Below are positions 10,202 to 20,445 of a DNA stretch of 64,000 bases, one piece after another. Every line of letters starts with the position of its first letter. Positions within the stretch are counted from its first letter, which is position 1. Source of the DNA: Gemmatimonadota bacterium (GTDB taxonomy: Bacteria; Gemmatimonadota; Gemmatimonadetes; Gemmatimonadales; GWC2-71-9); NCBI GenBank assembly GCA_039588295.1, contig JBDHAB010000002.1, positions 143,663 through 207,662 on the forward strand, given 5' to 3'. Made by a program: the position numbers and the translations under genes. The notes under the pieces were generated by a model. That model had not been told where the DNA came from, searched no databases, and saw nothing but the letters and a program-made list of their open reading frames with translations.

Positions 10202-11575
10202 TCACCGCGGCCACGTCCTCGCACATCCGCTGCGTCCGGTCGCTTCACCAAAGTCACTCGTGGGGAGCGTGTCCGCGGCGAGGACGAATCGTCGGTATTC
10301 CGCTGAGCCTGCCTGGCCATAGGCTTGCACAACGAACCGTTCCAGGTCACCACTCGTGAGGCCCCGACGCGGCTCGGCGAAGATCGGCCTGAGCACCGCT
10401 CGTAAGCCGCTCCCACGGCGTCGGCCCAACTGGTCCAGCCGACGTACGAAGAGTGCACCCTTGCTGTAAACGAGTCGCTGTGATCTGGAGTCGCGCGAGT
10501 ACCCGCTGGACGCTTCGGCCAGACCGACGCTTCCGGATGACTCCAAGAATCGCATCTCCGCCTGGAGGTCGGCAAAACAAGCCCGCCGCAATGCCTCCGA
10601 GATCAGGCCCGTCTCATGCGCCGAGACAATACCGACGTATTGCGCGAACCCCTCCGTGAACCAACGCGCATCTGGGGAAACGAGGTCCGCTCGCATCCAC
10701 CAGTGAAACAGCTCGTGCGCCAGCAAGATCGCGCTCGGTGCCAGCACCGCCGACGCTGCTCCGGCGGCGCCGCCCTGCATGAAGGTTCCCGGGATCACCA
10801 CTACGCTTCGACGGCCCGGCGACTCGAACCCGGAGCCGACAAGCGCGACTTCGTAGCGGAGCAGGTCACGGATCTGCGCCGGAGTGACCTGCCCATCGGT
10901 CCCATACACACCCATCTGCACTTGACTGCCACCGATCAGAACCGTCTGCCACCGGAACGGACCTACGCCGAGGTAGTCCACTCGTGGACGCCGGGTCCAC
11001 GGGACCCAGTAGCCCGATCTCCGCGGCTCCCATGGAGTGATCGCCGTCCAGCGCCCGGGCAGCTGGAACGTCACGTACGCGCCGACACCGTCCAGGCTCA
11101 GCACCGGCAGCAGTGACGTCGTCCGGAGCACCGCTACGTCTCTCGAAGCTCTGCTTCTCGCATCAGCCGGCGAATCACGCTCCATTCCCGACGGGAAGTA
11201 CGTAGGATCGATCTGGTATTCGATACTGATTGTCGAGGGATCGCTCGGCAGGGCGATATCGAATGTGAGAGGAGTTCCGCCGCGTCGGTTGACCCGGAGC
11301 GCACGCGCCTGGCTGGTTACGCGCACGGCCTGAACCTGCCTCGAGGTTCCGGGAAGATCGACGAAGAACAGCGTCAGCGAACGGCGATCTGCCAAGGCAC
11401 GCGCGGCGATGCGGCCTTGCACCGATATCTGCCGGGGCGACGACGTATCGTATCGGACGTGCCAGCTCAGTGACTCCGGCTGCTGCAACGCTCGGGCCTG
11501 CTCAGCAGCGGATACCGCAGCCACCAAAGAGGCGGCTGCGAAGAGCAGCGATGCAGTGTTGGGCAGCCGTGTCAC
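10202..11575 (-). CDS. Exported gluzincin metallopeptidase (M61/M1-like)
   Basis: Signal peptide; AHELFHWW...WFTEGFAQY; VYSKGA. Confidence 0.75.
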   Translation of the reverse strand: MTRLPNTASLLFAAASLVAAVSAAEQARALQQPESLSWHVRYDTSSPRQISVQGRIAARALADRRSLTLFFVDLPGTSRQVQAVRVTSQARALRVNRRGGTPLTFDIALPSDPSTISIEYQIDPTYFPSGMERDSPADARSRASRDVAVLRTTSLLPVLSLDGVGAYVTFQLPGRWTAITPWEPRRSGYWVPWTRRPRVDYLGVGPFRWQTVLIGGSQVQMGVYGTDGQVTPAQIRDLLRYEVALVGSGFESPGRRSVVVIPGTFMQGGAAGAASAVLAPSAILLAHELFHWWMRADLVSPDARWFTEGFAQYVGIVSAHETGLISEALRRACFADLQAEMRFLESSGSVGLAEASSGYSRDSRSQRLVYSKGALFVRRLDQLGRRRGSGLRAVLRPIFAEPRRGLTSGDLERFVVQAYGQAGSAEYRRFVLAADTLPTSDFGEATGRSGCARTWPR

Positions 11576-11579
11576 TCCC

Positions 11580-12212
11580 TCACTCCTTTGCGAAATTGAG
11601 CGTGAATGCCCACCACGAGCCGAACGACTCGACGACGCGGAAACCCACCGCTTCGGCGAGCGCGCGGACTTGGCGCCGCGATTGATAATGCGGATCCGGT
11701 AACGCTTCCGTCACCGATAGCATACCGCCGGGCTTCAGTGCTTGATGAATCTCGCGCAGTGCCGCCCCGCGATCCACGATCTCGCCAAGGACGGTGACCA
11801 GGAACGTTCGGTCAAAGGTCTCGCACGGTACCCTCCCGTCCCCGGCCCCGCCGAGCACGGCTTCCACATTCGTCACGCTATGACGATCGAGCTTCTGCTG
11901 GAGCTTGGCCAGCATTCCCGGCTGGAGATCCAGGGCCACGACCCGGCCTGTCGGACCGACGTGCCGTGCGACGGGCACGGTCACGCGCCCGGGACCACAT
12001 CCAACGTCGAGGACGTCCATCCCCGGTGTCACGTGTGCGCGCTCGATGAGCGTGGCACTTCCTGCCACGGCCTCGAAGTACGGGGTTTCTAGGAGAACGG
12101 ACAGCCACACGGGACAGGCTGTGGAGTGGCGGCGTGACACAACGCGCAGTGCGACAACCAGCGAAACCAGCGCGACGAGGACAACCGCGATGACGCCGAG
12201 CGTGGCGTTCAT
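11580..12212 (-). CDS. Class I SAM-dependent methyltransferase, N-terminal TM
   Basis: VLDVGCGPG, LDLQPGML, VTVLGEI, LKPGG. Confidence 0.88.
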   Translation of the reverse strand: MNATLGVIAVVLVALVSLVVALRVVSRRHSTACPVWLSVLLETPYFEAVAGSATLIERAHVTPGMDVLDVGCGPGRVTVPVARHVGPTGRVVALDLQPGMLAKLQQKLDRHSVTNVEAVLGGAGDGRVPCETFDRTFLVTVLGEIVDRGAALREIHQALKPGGMLSVTEALPDPHYQSRRQVRALAEAVGFRVVESFGSWWAFTLNFAKE

Positions 12213-12230
12213 CGACAGGGAACCGCGGAC

Positions 12231-12878
12231 TCACCCAAGAGACTCTCCGTCGTCCTCCGGCCCCGACCCGGATCGCCTGAACAGGCAGTACAGAAAGTCC
12301 TGCACCGCCCCACTCGGGGTGTGATGTCCTTCCACCTGGCTCTCGACCAGCACGAATTCCGAACCGACCAGCTGGCACAGCATCTCGGAACCATAGCGCT
12401 GCACGTCCAGGCCACTGCACCGGGTTGGGCCAGTGGGCCCAAAGGTCGCGATGATCGCGTAGCCGTTGGACGTAAGGGATCGGAGCAACGTGTCGCGGTA
12501 CGCTTGACGCGCTTCATCCTCCAGCAGGAAATGCAGCACGGCGCGGTCGTGCCAGATGTCCCACTGATGTGGCGATACGAACGTGGTAACGTCCGCCGAG
12601 AACCACTCGACTCGCTCTGCGCTCTGCCCGAGACGCTGCTGTACCTGGTGCAACGCGTGCTCAGCGATATCAAGGACCCCGATCTTCGTGTAGCCTGCCG
12701 CCAGCAGCGTGTCTACCAGCGTAGACGTACCTCCACCAACGTCGAGCACGCGCGCCGTAGCGTCGAGGCCTGTAGCCTCGATGAGCTCCAAGGAAAGGCT
12801 CGGACGCTCTTGGTACCAGCTCAACCGGTCCGACGCCTTCTTGGTGTACACCGTTTCCCAATGATCTTTGGGCTTCAT
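12231..12878 (-). CDS. Class I SAM-dependent methyltransferase
   Basis: HWETVY..SWYQ, VLDVGGGTS, IWHDRAVLHFL, GPTRCSGL. Confidence 0.88.
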   Translation of the reverse strand: MKPKDHWETVYTKKASDRLSWYQERPSLSLELIEATGLDATARVLDVGGGTSTLVDTLLAAGYTKIGVLDIAEHALHQVQQRLGQSAERVEWFSADVTTFVSPHQWDIWHDRAVLHFLLEDEARQAYRDTLLRSLTSNGYAIIATFGPTGPTRCSGLDVQRYGSEMLCQLVGSEFVLVESQVEGHHTPSGAVQDFLYCLFRRSGSGPEDDGESLG

Positions 12879-12902
12879 CCGATGCCTCTCAACGGTACGT
12901 GG

Positions 12903-13100
12903 TCACGACTGCGGCATGCGTTGCTCCCGCCAGAGCCAAATCGCCAGGGCAGCGGGCACCAAGACCGCCACGACACTGGGCCACATCGGAACAACAACGT
13001 CGTCGCCGACCATGAGCGAGACGTTGAATACGAGACGGCAGAGATGGGCTAATGCGATCAGTAGCAGGAAGAGCCCACTCAGGAGCGCTGCTGGTTTCAC
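12903..13100 (-). CDS. Small two-TM membrane protein (65 aa)
   Basis: GTG at 13100 with GGAGA RBS; LIALAHLCRL...VPMWPS. Confidence 0.7.
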   Translation of the reverse strand: MKPAALLSGLFLLLIALAHLCRLVFNVSLMVGDDVVVPMWPSVVAVLVPAALAIWLWREQRMPQS

Positions 13101-13173
13101 TGATCTCTCCCCCGTCTCCTCAAAGATCGAGACAGTCGAAAGCGGGAACGCGCCGAGTCGCAGCTTGCGAAGC

Positions 13174-14163
13174 TCACTGGAACCGCTCGGCGTAGCCACT
13201 CGCCTCGAATATCCCCAAGAAGTCCCGCAACTCGACGATGTCCCGCAGCGCTGTGGCCTTGTCACTGGCCCGTTGATGGTAGGCCTCCACGATTCTGTAT
13301 CCGATGAAGTAGCCCAGATCTGCGGGCCGGCCGTCTCCCGGTTGTGCATAGAGCCAATCACCGAAATCCGATCCCGACATCACCATCACGAATTCGTTCC
13401 ATAACTCTGCCTCATGGGCTTGCCCGTACGTATGTGCGCGCGGGTTGATATGCCCACCTGAAACCTGTTCAGCCACGTAGTCGGCGGCGCCCTCTCGCAT
13501 GGCCTGGTGGAGCAGCGTATTTCGCCATCGGCCCAACTGGAAACGGTGCGCCAATTCATGGGCGACGATGTGGGGAAGCCACTCGAATGGCTTCGTGTTG
13601 GCTCGAGCCCATTCGTTCAGCTCCTCGACCGGAGTAGCAGCGTCTCTGGCAAACAGTTCCGCGCCAATGACGAGCCCCGGCGTGACATTGATGCCGCCGG
13701 TGCGGAGCCAACCCACGATGAAGTAGACGTCGGGGAATGACCCACGAGGATAGAGTCGCTTGAACTCACGGAAGCTGTCCAGAATGCGATCGCGGAGTAC
13801 GACCGACGTGTCGATAGCGAGCGTGTTTTCCCGCACGGCGGCATAATATTCGCGCGCATCGAGCACGGCTTCGGCAAACCGCTCCGCATCCTCGAATCGT
13901 GCCTCTTGGAACGCGGCGAGACCGGCCGTGCCACCATTCAGATAGTCCCGTTCGAAGATCTCCGCGGCATCCTCGAACGTGACATCACCGGGGAGCCGGT
14001 CGAAGGCCCGCCAGAACCGGGGGATGTCCTCGGTCACGAGCCTCACCGACTCGACGCTGCCATGACCCGACGGTGCCACCCGGCCCGGGCCGGCACACGC
14101 CGGCACCACGACCGTCAGGAGGAACAGCGCGCGGACTCGCCGATAGCGCATGGGTGAGTCCAT
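13174..14163 (-). CDS. Lipoprotein, DUF2268-like Zn-dependent protease
   Basis: Lipobox VPAC; AHELAH..Q, REGAADY, DLGYFIGYRIVEAY. Confidence 0.8.
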   Translation of the reverse strand: MDSPMRYRRVRALFLLTVVVPACAGPGRVAPSGHGSVESVRLVTEDIPRFWRAFDRLPGDVTFEDAAEIFERDYLNGGTAGLAAFQEARFEDAERFAEAVLDAREYYAAVRENTLAIDTSVVLRDRILDSFREFKRLYPRGSFPDVYFIVGWLRTGGINVTPGLVIGAELFARDAATPVEELNEWARANTKPFEWLPHIVAHELAHRFQLGRWRNTLLHQAMREGAADYVAEQVSGGHINPRAHTYGQAHEAELWNEFVMVMSGSDFGDWLYAQPGDGRPADLGYFIGYRIVEAYHQRASDKATALRDIVELRDFLGIFEASGYAERFQ

Positions 14164-14214
14164 CTACACTCCGCGTCGCTTTGGTTCCCTCTTTGCGCCA
14201 TGCCGAGCAGCCGG

Positions 14215-14631
14215 CTAAGGGCTCACCTTGGGGGACAACACAAAGGTGCCCGACATGTCGGGTCGTAGCTCGCCTTCGACCATCCCGGTGAAGCTCCCCT
14301 CGTGACTCCCGTCTGTCCGCTCGAGTCCGATGAACTGAACGTTCACAAGTCCGCCGTTGGCGATGCGAGACATCTGGAACTTGAGGTCACCCTGCTCCGT
14401 GAGGAAGCATTCCGTCGTGAATCTCGAACCGTCGGGGAGACCGATCGTCAGCCACGTCGTACCGTCGTCTGTGTGCAGCAACACGTCAATCCGCGCGGGC
14501 TCGTCAGAACCGCTGACCGTCATTTCCAGAACGTGGGTCGGTTGTTCCTGCTGAAGCCCGGGGGGCGCCGACAAAGGACCGAAGAGAACAAGCGGTACCG
14601 CCAGCAACGGCAGAACCGGTACATATCTCAT
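14215..14631 (-). CDS. Exported hypothetical protein
   Basis: Signal peptide; ATGA coupling with upstream gene. Confidence 0.6.
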   Translation of the reverse strand: MRYVPVLPLLAVPLVLFGPLSAPPGLQQEQPTHVLEMTVSGSDEPARIDVLLHTDDGTTWLTIGLPDGSRFTTECFLTEQGDLKFQMSRIANGGLVNVQFIGLERTDGSHEGSFTGMVEGELRPDMSGTFVLSPKVSP

Positions 14632-15035
14632 GGTTCAGTCTCCTGTGAGAGTCGCGCCGTCCCTCGCGCGGCGAGGACGGCACCCAATCCAACGGTGATC
14701 GTCGGTATGATGACGTACGTGAGCCCGATGTCCGCCAGGTAGTCGGTCAGGCTCATCTTCATGGGACCACCCAACAGCATCAGCGGCGCGTCGATCAGCA
14801 CACAGATCACGAGCCAGAGCAGCCCGACCATAACGCCTTCCGTCACATAGTCGTGTGACACTCGTCGGAAGTAACTGACTCCCAGTGTCACCGCGGCCAC
14901 GCTCACCGCGACGGGCATGATCGACTCGAAAAGGGGTCGTGAGGACTCACGGAGCGGAAACACGACAAACGCGACAGCAAACGGGATGAGCCAGATGAGG
15001 AAGCCAAGCAGAACCGCTCGGCGTACCGATGTCAT
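14628..15035 (-). CDS. Four-TM membrane protein
   Basis: GFLIWLIPF, LFESIM, DIGLTY; GGAGAG RBS. Confidence 0.75.
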   Translation of the reverse strand: MTSVRRAVLLGFLIWLIPFAVAFVVFPLRESSRPLFESIMPVAVSVAAVTLGVSYFRRVSHDYVTEGVMVGLLWLVICVLIDAPLMLLGGPMKMSLTDYLADIGLTYVIIPTITVGLGAVLAARGTARLSQETEP

Positions 15036-15113
15036 GGTTCTCTCCTCAGATTCCGAGATGGTATTCCAGCGACTCGCAGGTCATCCGACGAGCGTCGGGA
15101 AACCGGCCGCGGC

Positions 15114-15452
15114 CTAGCGGACCTCGGCCGGCGGAGCCATCCCGAACCCGCGTCTGAACTCCCAACCGCTGTCACCCACGACGAACACCAACGTCGAGAC
15201 CGTCTCAGCCGAATCGCCGGCTTCGAGCGGCAACGTCAGCGGACCGTGCAGCAGCGCAACCTCGGGATGCACCCACATGAGTCGCAATGCGGAGGCATCG
15301 GCGGATTCAAACGCCGGCGGCTGTTCGGCCAGGGACATGAGGGTGTCGCGGAGCGCAGATTGCTCTGTCTCGGTTGGCTGCCATTCAGTGCTTGGACGGC
15401 ATGCCGCCGCAAGCGCAACGACAACGACGACGGTCAGCGGACGGAGCTTCAC
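15114..15452 (-). CDS. Small lipoprotein
   Basis: GTG at 15452 with GGAGGT RBS; lipobox LAAAC. Confidence 0.6.
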   Translation of the reverse strand: MKLRPLTVVVVVALAAACRPSTEWQPTETEQSALRDTLMSLAEQPPAFESADASALRLMWVHPEVALLHGPLTLPLEAGDSAETVSTLVFVVGDSGWEFRRGFGMAPPAEVR

Positions 15453-15496
15453 GGATACCTCCCTTCCAAGGAAGCCTACGACCTGGGGCTCGCGCG

Positions 15497-16120
15497 CTAC
15501 CTGGCGCGACGCTCGGATAGATAATGATGCCACAGGATCCGCGCCGCCACCGAGCGCCACGGCTTCCAGGCGACGGCGATGCGCTGCAATCGGTCGTTTG
15601 GGGGATGAGTCCGCAACCGTTTCACTTGCTTCACCGCCCCCGCGAGTGCCAAATCGCCGTCCGGCCACACGTCCGGCCGCCGCAGGGCCATGAGCAGGTA
15701 GATGTCGGCCGTCCACGGTCCGATTCCCCGAACCTCGAGCAACGCTTGTCGTGCCGTGGCGTCGTCGGCACGAGCGATCGTCCGGAGGTTGAGCGCTCCG
15801 GACACGATAAGCCGAGCCAGGTTGAGACAATAGTCCGCCTTCTGACGCGTGATGCCCCAGCGCCGCAGCTCAGTCAACGAGAGGCGAGCCACCCGCTGGG
15901 CCGTCACGCGTCCCACGGCCCGCTGCAGTCGGGTGAAGGCGGCGTCGGCCGATGCCAACGAGACTTGCTGCTCGAAGACGATCCGCAGGAGCGTGGCGAA
16001 GCCGGGTCTCCGTGCCCACATGGGTGGTGGGCCAATCCGCCCCACGACGGCGGCCAAGTCGTCGTCAGCGCAAAGCTCGGTGACCGCCGAGCGCAGAGCG
16101 TCCTGCGTGAGAGTCTGCGT
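15497..16120 (-). CDS. alkA: DNA-3-methyladenine glycosylase II (AlkA family, HhH-GPD); start probably ACG 16120, else TTG 16057
   Basis: EQQVS, HhH VRGIGPWTA, DVWPDGDLAL, WKPWRSVAARILW. Confidence 0.85.
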   Translation of the reverse strand, partial: TQTLTQDALRSAVTELCADDDLAAVVGRIGPPPMWARRPGFATLLRIVFEQQVSLASADAAFTRLQRAVGRVTAQRVARLSLTELRRWGITRQKADYCLNLARLIVSGALNLRTIARADDATARQALLEVRGIGPWTADIYLLMALRRPDVWPDGDLALAGAVKQVKRLRTHPPNDRLQRIAVAWKPWRSVAARILWHHYLSERRAR

Positions 16121-16165
16121 GGTGGGCTCCTGTAGGTCTCGGGGATCGCCTGACGCCTTGCAGCT

Positions 16166-16194
16166 AGGCTACGGGCACCGTGTCGCATCTGCAA
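16166..16194 (-). promoter_or_regulatory. Sigma70-like promoter for alkA-like gene
   Basis: TTGCAG (16194-16189) - 17 nt - TAGCCT (16171-16166). Confidence 0.45.
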
Positions 16195-16274
16195 GTGGAA
16201 CTCAAAGGCAGTTACGGTGTGGCCGCGCCGATCCGCACGGCGAACCGTCCGCTGGACGGAGGGTACGCTCTCGG

Positions 16275-18863
16275 TCAGGCCCCCCCGGAGGGGGAACCAC
16301 GCGAGCGGCGGTACTGCTCTGCCCGGTCCGCCTTCCCCCATGCCTCGTAGAGCGTGACCAGGCGTCCGAGCGCATCCCGCGTATACCGATCCTCGGGTCC
16401 GGGACCGGCATGCAGTGCCGTGTAGCTTTCGAGCAGCAGGCGTTCGGCTTCGGCAAACCGTCCCATCGCCGTGAGGCAGCTACCGAGCGTGGCTTTGGCG
16501 AACGCGGTCCACGCGTGATCGGGACCGAGCGTTTCAGTGTAGATCTGCAGTTTGCGACGCTCGAAGGGCTCAGCCGCGACAGGGTCGCCGATATTCATGT
16601 GGAAGCGGCCAAGGGCGCCATGTGCGGCTCCTACCCGCCAGTGCCCGTCAGGCCAGTGGTCCTCTGCAACTCGAATTCCCTCTTGGAGAACTGCCTGCGT
16701 CTCATCATGCTTCTCCTGCTTATCCAAGACGCTGGCCAGGTTGTTGAGCAGCATGATCACATTCGGAGCGACTCCCCACTGGCGCTCCAACGTTAGGGCC
16801 TCACTGTATAGCCGCTCTGCCCGTGCGAATTCCTCCTTTGTTCTGTAGAGGAACGCCAGATTGTTGAGCGCTGGACCGAGCAGCCGAGCACCCGAATCCC
16901 CGTGGCTCCGCAGCTGTGGGATGGCGGTTTGGTAATGATGCTCGGCCGAATCCAGCTCTCCTTTGGCGCGGAGGACAAACGCCAGATCCACAAGTGCCGA
17001 AACCGTCTGGAAATCCTCTTCGCCCAGCACTCCACGGCGCAGGTCCAACACCTCCCGCATCAGCGTTTCCGCAGAATCCGGATTGCCCAATTCGCGGAGC
17101 GCGAGCGCCAGTCTCTGAAGCGTGACACTCATCTTCATGGGATCGTCGTTCAGCCGTTGGCGCAGCTCGAGCGCCTCAGTGTAGAGCGATTCCGCTGCCT
17201 CGTACCCGCGCCTCAACAACAGCGCCAACGCGAGCTGTTCCAGGCCATCTGCCACCTCGAGGTGCTCGGCGCCGTGAGCCTGTCGCAAGAGGGCGAGCGC
17301 ATCACGACGGAGCTCCACCTCCTCGTCATACAGGCCAAGGTTGTGGTACACTCGTCCCAGTACGTCCATCATTCTCGACCGTATCACCGGCTGTTCTGCC
17401 AGCATATCGTTCACCTGCTCTGTGCCGCGATCGAGCAGGGTCCGCACCCGAACGGTGTCACCAAACCCCTCAACCGGATCCGCCGTCTTGAAGAGATCGA
17501 CCAGCAGGGTCGATACCTGCTCTGTCGTTTCTGCTTCCTGGGCGATCGCTCGGGACTGCGCGGCGGTGGTGACCGCAAACCGCGCCGCGAGCGCTGCCAG
17601 CGCCACGATCATGGCGGCGAACACGGCGCCGGCCGCAACGGCAATCTTGTTCCGCTGGACAAACCGCGATGTGCGGTAGCGTAGCGTGTCCTTCTGGGCG
17701 GTCACCGGTAGGCCGGCTCGATATCGACGGATGTCGTCGGCAAAGTGGGAGACAAGGGCGTAGCGCCGTCCGGGCTCCTTGCGGAGCGCCATCAGAATGA
17801 TCCGGTCGAGATCGCCCGTGAGTTGCCGACCAAGCCGTTGCACGGTGGTGTCGCGATCCTCAGCCACGGAAGCCACCGACATCGACGTTCCTGCAGGATC
17901 GACTTCCACCTCGCGCCTGATCACGTCGCTGGGTGGCGGCGGTTCCTCACCGCAGATAGTGCGCTCCGCGTCGGAGGGCGAGCTGAAGGAAGCGGGATAC
18001 GGGTGATGCCCGGTGAGCAGCCTGTAGAGCAAGATTCCCAGGGCGTACACGTCGCTCGCCGTGGTGATCGCCTCGCCCCGCACTTGCTCCGGACTCGCAT
18101 AGGCCAGGGTCATTGGATGCACGCGCTGGCTAAACGTCGGGCCTCCTTCCAGACGTTCCCGGTCGAGCATTCTCGCAATTCCGAAGTCCAGCAGTTTGAC
18201 GTCGCCCGAGGTCGTGACCAGGATGTTGCCAGGTTTCAGGTCGCGGTGCACAACGAGGTTCTGGTGGGCGTGCTGCACCGCCTCGCACACCCGGAGGAAG
18301 AGCTCCAACCGGCGGTCGACGCCCAGCCGGCGCCGATCACAGTACTCGTCGATCGGCGTGCCTTCGACGTGCTCCATCACGTAGTAGGGCGTACCATCCT
18401 CCGTCACGCCGCCATCCAGTAGTCGCGCGATCCCGGGATGCTCGAGCCGTGCGAGGATCTGCCGCTCGAGAAGAAAGCGGTGTCGGGACTCTTCGGAGTC
18501 CATCCCCAGCGGGAGGAGCTTCAGCGCCGTCTGCATCTCGAACTGCCGGTCGTCCCGCTCGGCCAGGTAGACGACACCCATCCCACCCCGGCCGATCAGC
18601 CGGACGAGCCGGTAGTTGCCGATGTGCCTACCCTCGAAGTTCTCGTCTCCTGAATCGTCGGCGGTCGGCACACCGACGCGACCGGCGAGGCCAGCGAAGT
18701 AGTCACCCGCCGAATCCGCGGAGTCGAGCAGGGACGCGACCTCTCGCATGAGCTCTTCGTCGTCGCGACACACTCGCGCGACGTACCGCGCTCGCTCCTC
18801 TGACGGCTGCTCGAGTGCGGTGGCGAAGATCTTCTCAATCCGCTGCCAACGTTCCGGTGTCAT
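16275..18863 (-). CDS. Membrane Ser/Thr protein kinase with extracytoplasmic TPRs
   Basis: GRGGMGVVY, HRDLKPGN, DFG, YASPE, SDVYALG; one TM; repeated TPR-like units. Confidence 0.95.
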   Translation of the reverse strand: MTPERWQRIEKIFATALEQPSEERARYVARVCRDDEELMREVASLLDSADSAGDYFAGLAGRVGVPTADDSGDENFEGRHIGNYRLVRLIGRGGMGVVYLAERDDRQFEMQTALKLLPLGMDSEESRHRFLLERQILARLEHPGIARLLDGGVTEDGTPYYVMEHVEGTPIDEYCDRRRLGVDRRLELFLRVCEAVQHAHQNLVVHRDLKPGNILVTTSGDVKLLDFGIARMLDRERLEGGPTFSQRVHPMTLAYASPEQVRGEAITTASDVYALGILLYRLLTGHHPYPASFSSPSDAERTICGEEPPPPSDVIRREVEVDPAGTSMSVASVAEDRDTTVQRLGRQLTGDLDRIILMALRKEPGRRYALVSHFADDIRRYRAGLPVTAQKDTLRYRTSRFVQRNKIAVAAGAVFAAMIVALAALAARFAVTTAAQSRAIAQEAETTEQVSTLLVDLFKTADPVEGFGDTVRVRTLLDRGTEQVNDMLAEQPVIRSRMMDVLGRVYHNLGLYDEEVELRRDALALLRQAHGAEHLEVADGLEQLALALLLRRGYEAAESLYTEALELRQRLNDDPMKMSVTLQRLALALRELGNPDSAETLMREVLDLRRGVLGEEDFQTVSALVDLAFVLRAKGELDSAEHHYQTAIPQLRSHGDSGARLLGPALNNLAFLYRTKEEFARAERLYSEALTLERQWGVAPNVIMLLNNLASVLDKQEKHDETQAVLQEGIRVAEDHWPDGHWRVGAAHGALGRFHMNIGDPVAAEPFERRKLQIYTETLGPDHAWTAFAKATLGSCLTAMGRFAEAERLLLESYTALHAGPGPEDRYTRDALGRLVTLYEAWGKADRAEQYRRSRGSPSGGA

Positions 18864-18868
18864 AGCTC

Positions 18869-19438
18869 CTACATGAGCGTCATTTGGATTTCCCGGTGGA
18901 GCCAGGCACTCGCGAGTTTCCAGTCACGCTTCACGGTCGCGGGGGAAACGCGTAGCGTATCCGCCGTTTCGTCGATCGAAAGACCGGCATAGAATCTCGC
19001 CTCGACCACCCGGACCTGTCGTTCCGATACTTCTGCCAATCGATCGAGCGCCTCGTGCAAAGCGATGACTTCATCGGCAACTTCTTGGCTCACCGGATTG
19101 AAATCGTCCAGTGATAACGGGTCCACACCGCCCCCGCGCTTGGCAGCGCGCCGCTGCTCGGCATAGTTGACCAGGACATGGCGCATGGCCCTGGATGCCA
19201 CAGCGAGGAAATGCGCCCGGTCGTTCCAGCGCGCCGTACGCTGATCCACGAGCTTGAGATACGCCTCGTGCACCAGCGCCGTGGTATCGAGCGTGGTGTT
19301 GCCGCTCCAACGTCGCCGCTGTACATGAGCAAGCCGCCGCAATTCGGCATACACCAACTCGAAGACCTCATGGAGCGCTTCGCGATTTCCCTGCTCCGCA
19401 GCGCGAAGCCGCGCCGTGATCTCCTCTGGTGGGCGCAT
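18869..19438 (-). CDS. ECF sigma factor, TIGR02999 type (kinase-associated)
   Basis: VYAELRRLA, TLDTTALVHEAYLKL, AMRHVLV, KRGG, TVKRDW. Confidence 0.92.
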   Translation of the reverse strand: MRPPEEITARLRAAEQGNREALHEVFELVYAELRRLAHVQRRRWSGNTTLDTTALVHEAYLKLVDQRTARWNDRAHFLAVASRAMRHVLVNYAEQRRAAKRGGGVDPLSLDDFNPVSQEVADEVIALHEALDRLAEVSERQVRVVEARFYAGLSIDETADTLRVSPATVKRDWKLASAWLHREIQMTLM

Positions 19439-19706
19439 ACACGAGAAGGTGCAGGCGCTCCTCAATCAGGTCAACAGAATTCGGAGGAGAAACGGCTCAA
19501 GCAGTGAGCGGGGGAATCCAATCGGGAGCGGGAGAGTCGGGATCGAGCGGTTCGTCATCGTTGAAGGACACCGCATGTCTCGGCGAACGGACGCGGCTGC
19601 GACGCAGAGCATCCGTAACCGACCGGCGCACAAAGAGTTGGCGAATGGCCTGCGGTGGCGCAGTAGTTGCGGCGCTGTGATTTGTCCCATTAAGAGGGCC
19701 GTTCAC

Positions 19707-20123
19707 ATGTTCCGCGCATTGATGATCGCGCTACCCGGGTCGCTCCTCATCATGTCCTGCGCCACCGTCGGAGGTCTCCGCAACGAGCCCCTGGACCAAG
19801 GCATCGCCAGGCGGTTCGCCGTTCCCTTCGACTCCGTGATGGCCGTCGTTCCCGATGCCGTGCTCGCCGCAGGGCTGGGGCTCGAAGAATCGGAGTGCTA
19901 CACTGATTCCGTGTGTGTGGTGATCGGCACCGAAGGCATATCGGTGGGTCCATCAGGCAGCATGGGAAGCATGGCGCGGGTGGTCGTGGAGGCCTCGGGA
20001 GAGGCTACCATCGTTCGGGTGCTCAGTCGCCGCCGGATCGCGAGCCAGGTGGCTGCGAAGGAGGACTATTCGCCCGAGATCCTCAGCCAGATTGCCGTGC
20101 GCTTAGGTGTGCCCGTGCCGTAG
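19707..20123 (+). CDS. Lipoprotein, hypothetical
   Basis: ATG 19707 with GAGG RBS; lipobox IMSC; divergent from the ECF gene. Confidence 0.65.
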   Translation: MFRALMIALPGSLLIMSCATVGGLRNEPLDQGIARRFAVPFDSVMAVVPDAVLAAGLGLEESECYTDSVCVVIGTEGISVGPSGSMGSMARVVVEASGEATIVRVLSRRRIASQVAAKEDYSPEILSQIAVRLGVPVP

Positions 20124-20133
20124 CGCCAACACT

Positions 20134-20421
20134 TCACGCGCCCTCGACGAGAACCATCTCTGTCGTCGCGGATGCGTGCCGGAGCACCTTCGCCGGACGA
20201 TAGTCCTCGGAACTCCACCATTCCTTCGCGCGCTGGAGCGTTGGGAACTCCAGCACGACGACCCGGTTCGGCTCTCTGCTCCCTTCGAGCTTCTCGGCTG
20301 CGCCTCCCCGAACGACATACCGTCCGCCATAAGCCGTAACGGTTGGAGCAGCGAGCTTCTTATACTCCTCATACCGAATCGGGTCCTTGATCGTGACGTC
20401 GACTATGACATAGGCTGTCAT
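20134..20421 (-). CDS. DUF1330 family protein
   Basis: YGGRYVVRGG..LEG, VVLEFP, WWSSEDY. Confidence 0.92.
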   Translation of the reverse strand: MTAYVIVDVTIKDPIRYEEYKKLAAPTVTAYGGRYVVRGGAAEKLEGSREPNRVVVLEFPTLQRAKEWWSSEDYRPAKVLRHASATTEMVLVEGA

Positions 20422-20445
20422 CGGATACCATCCTGAAAACGTGGC

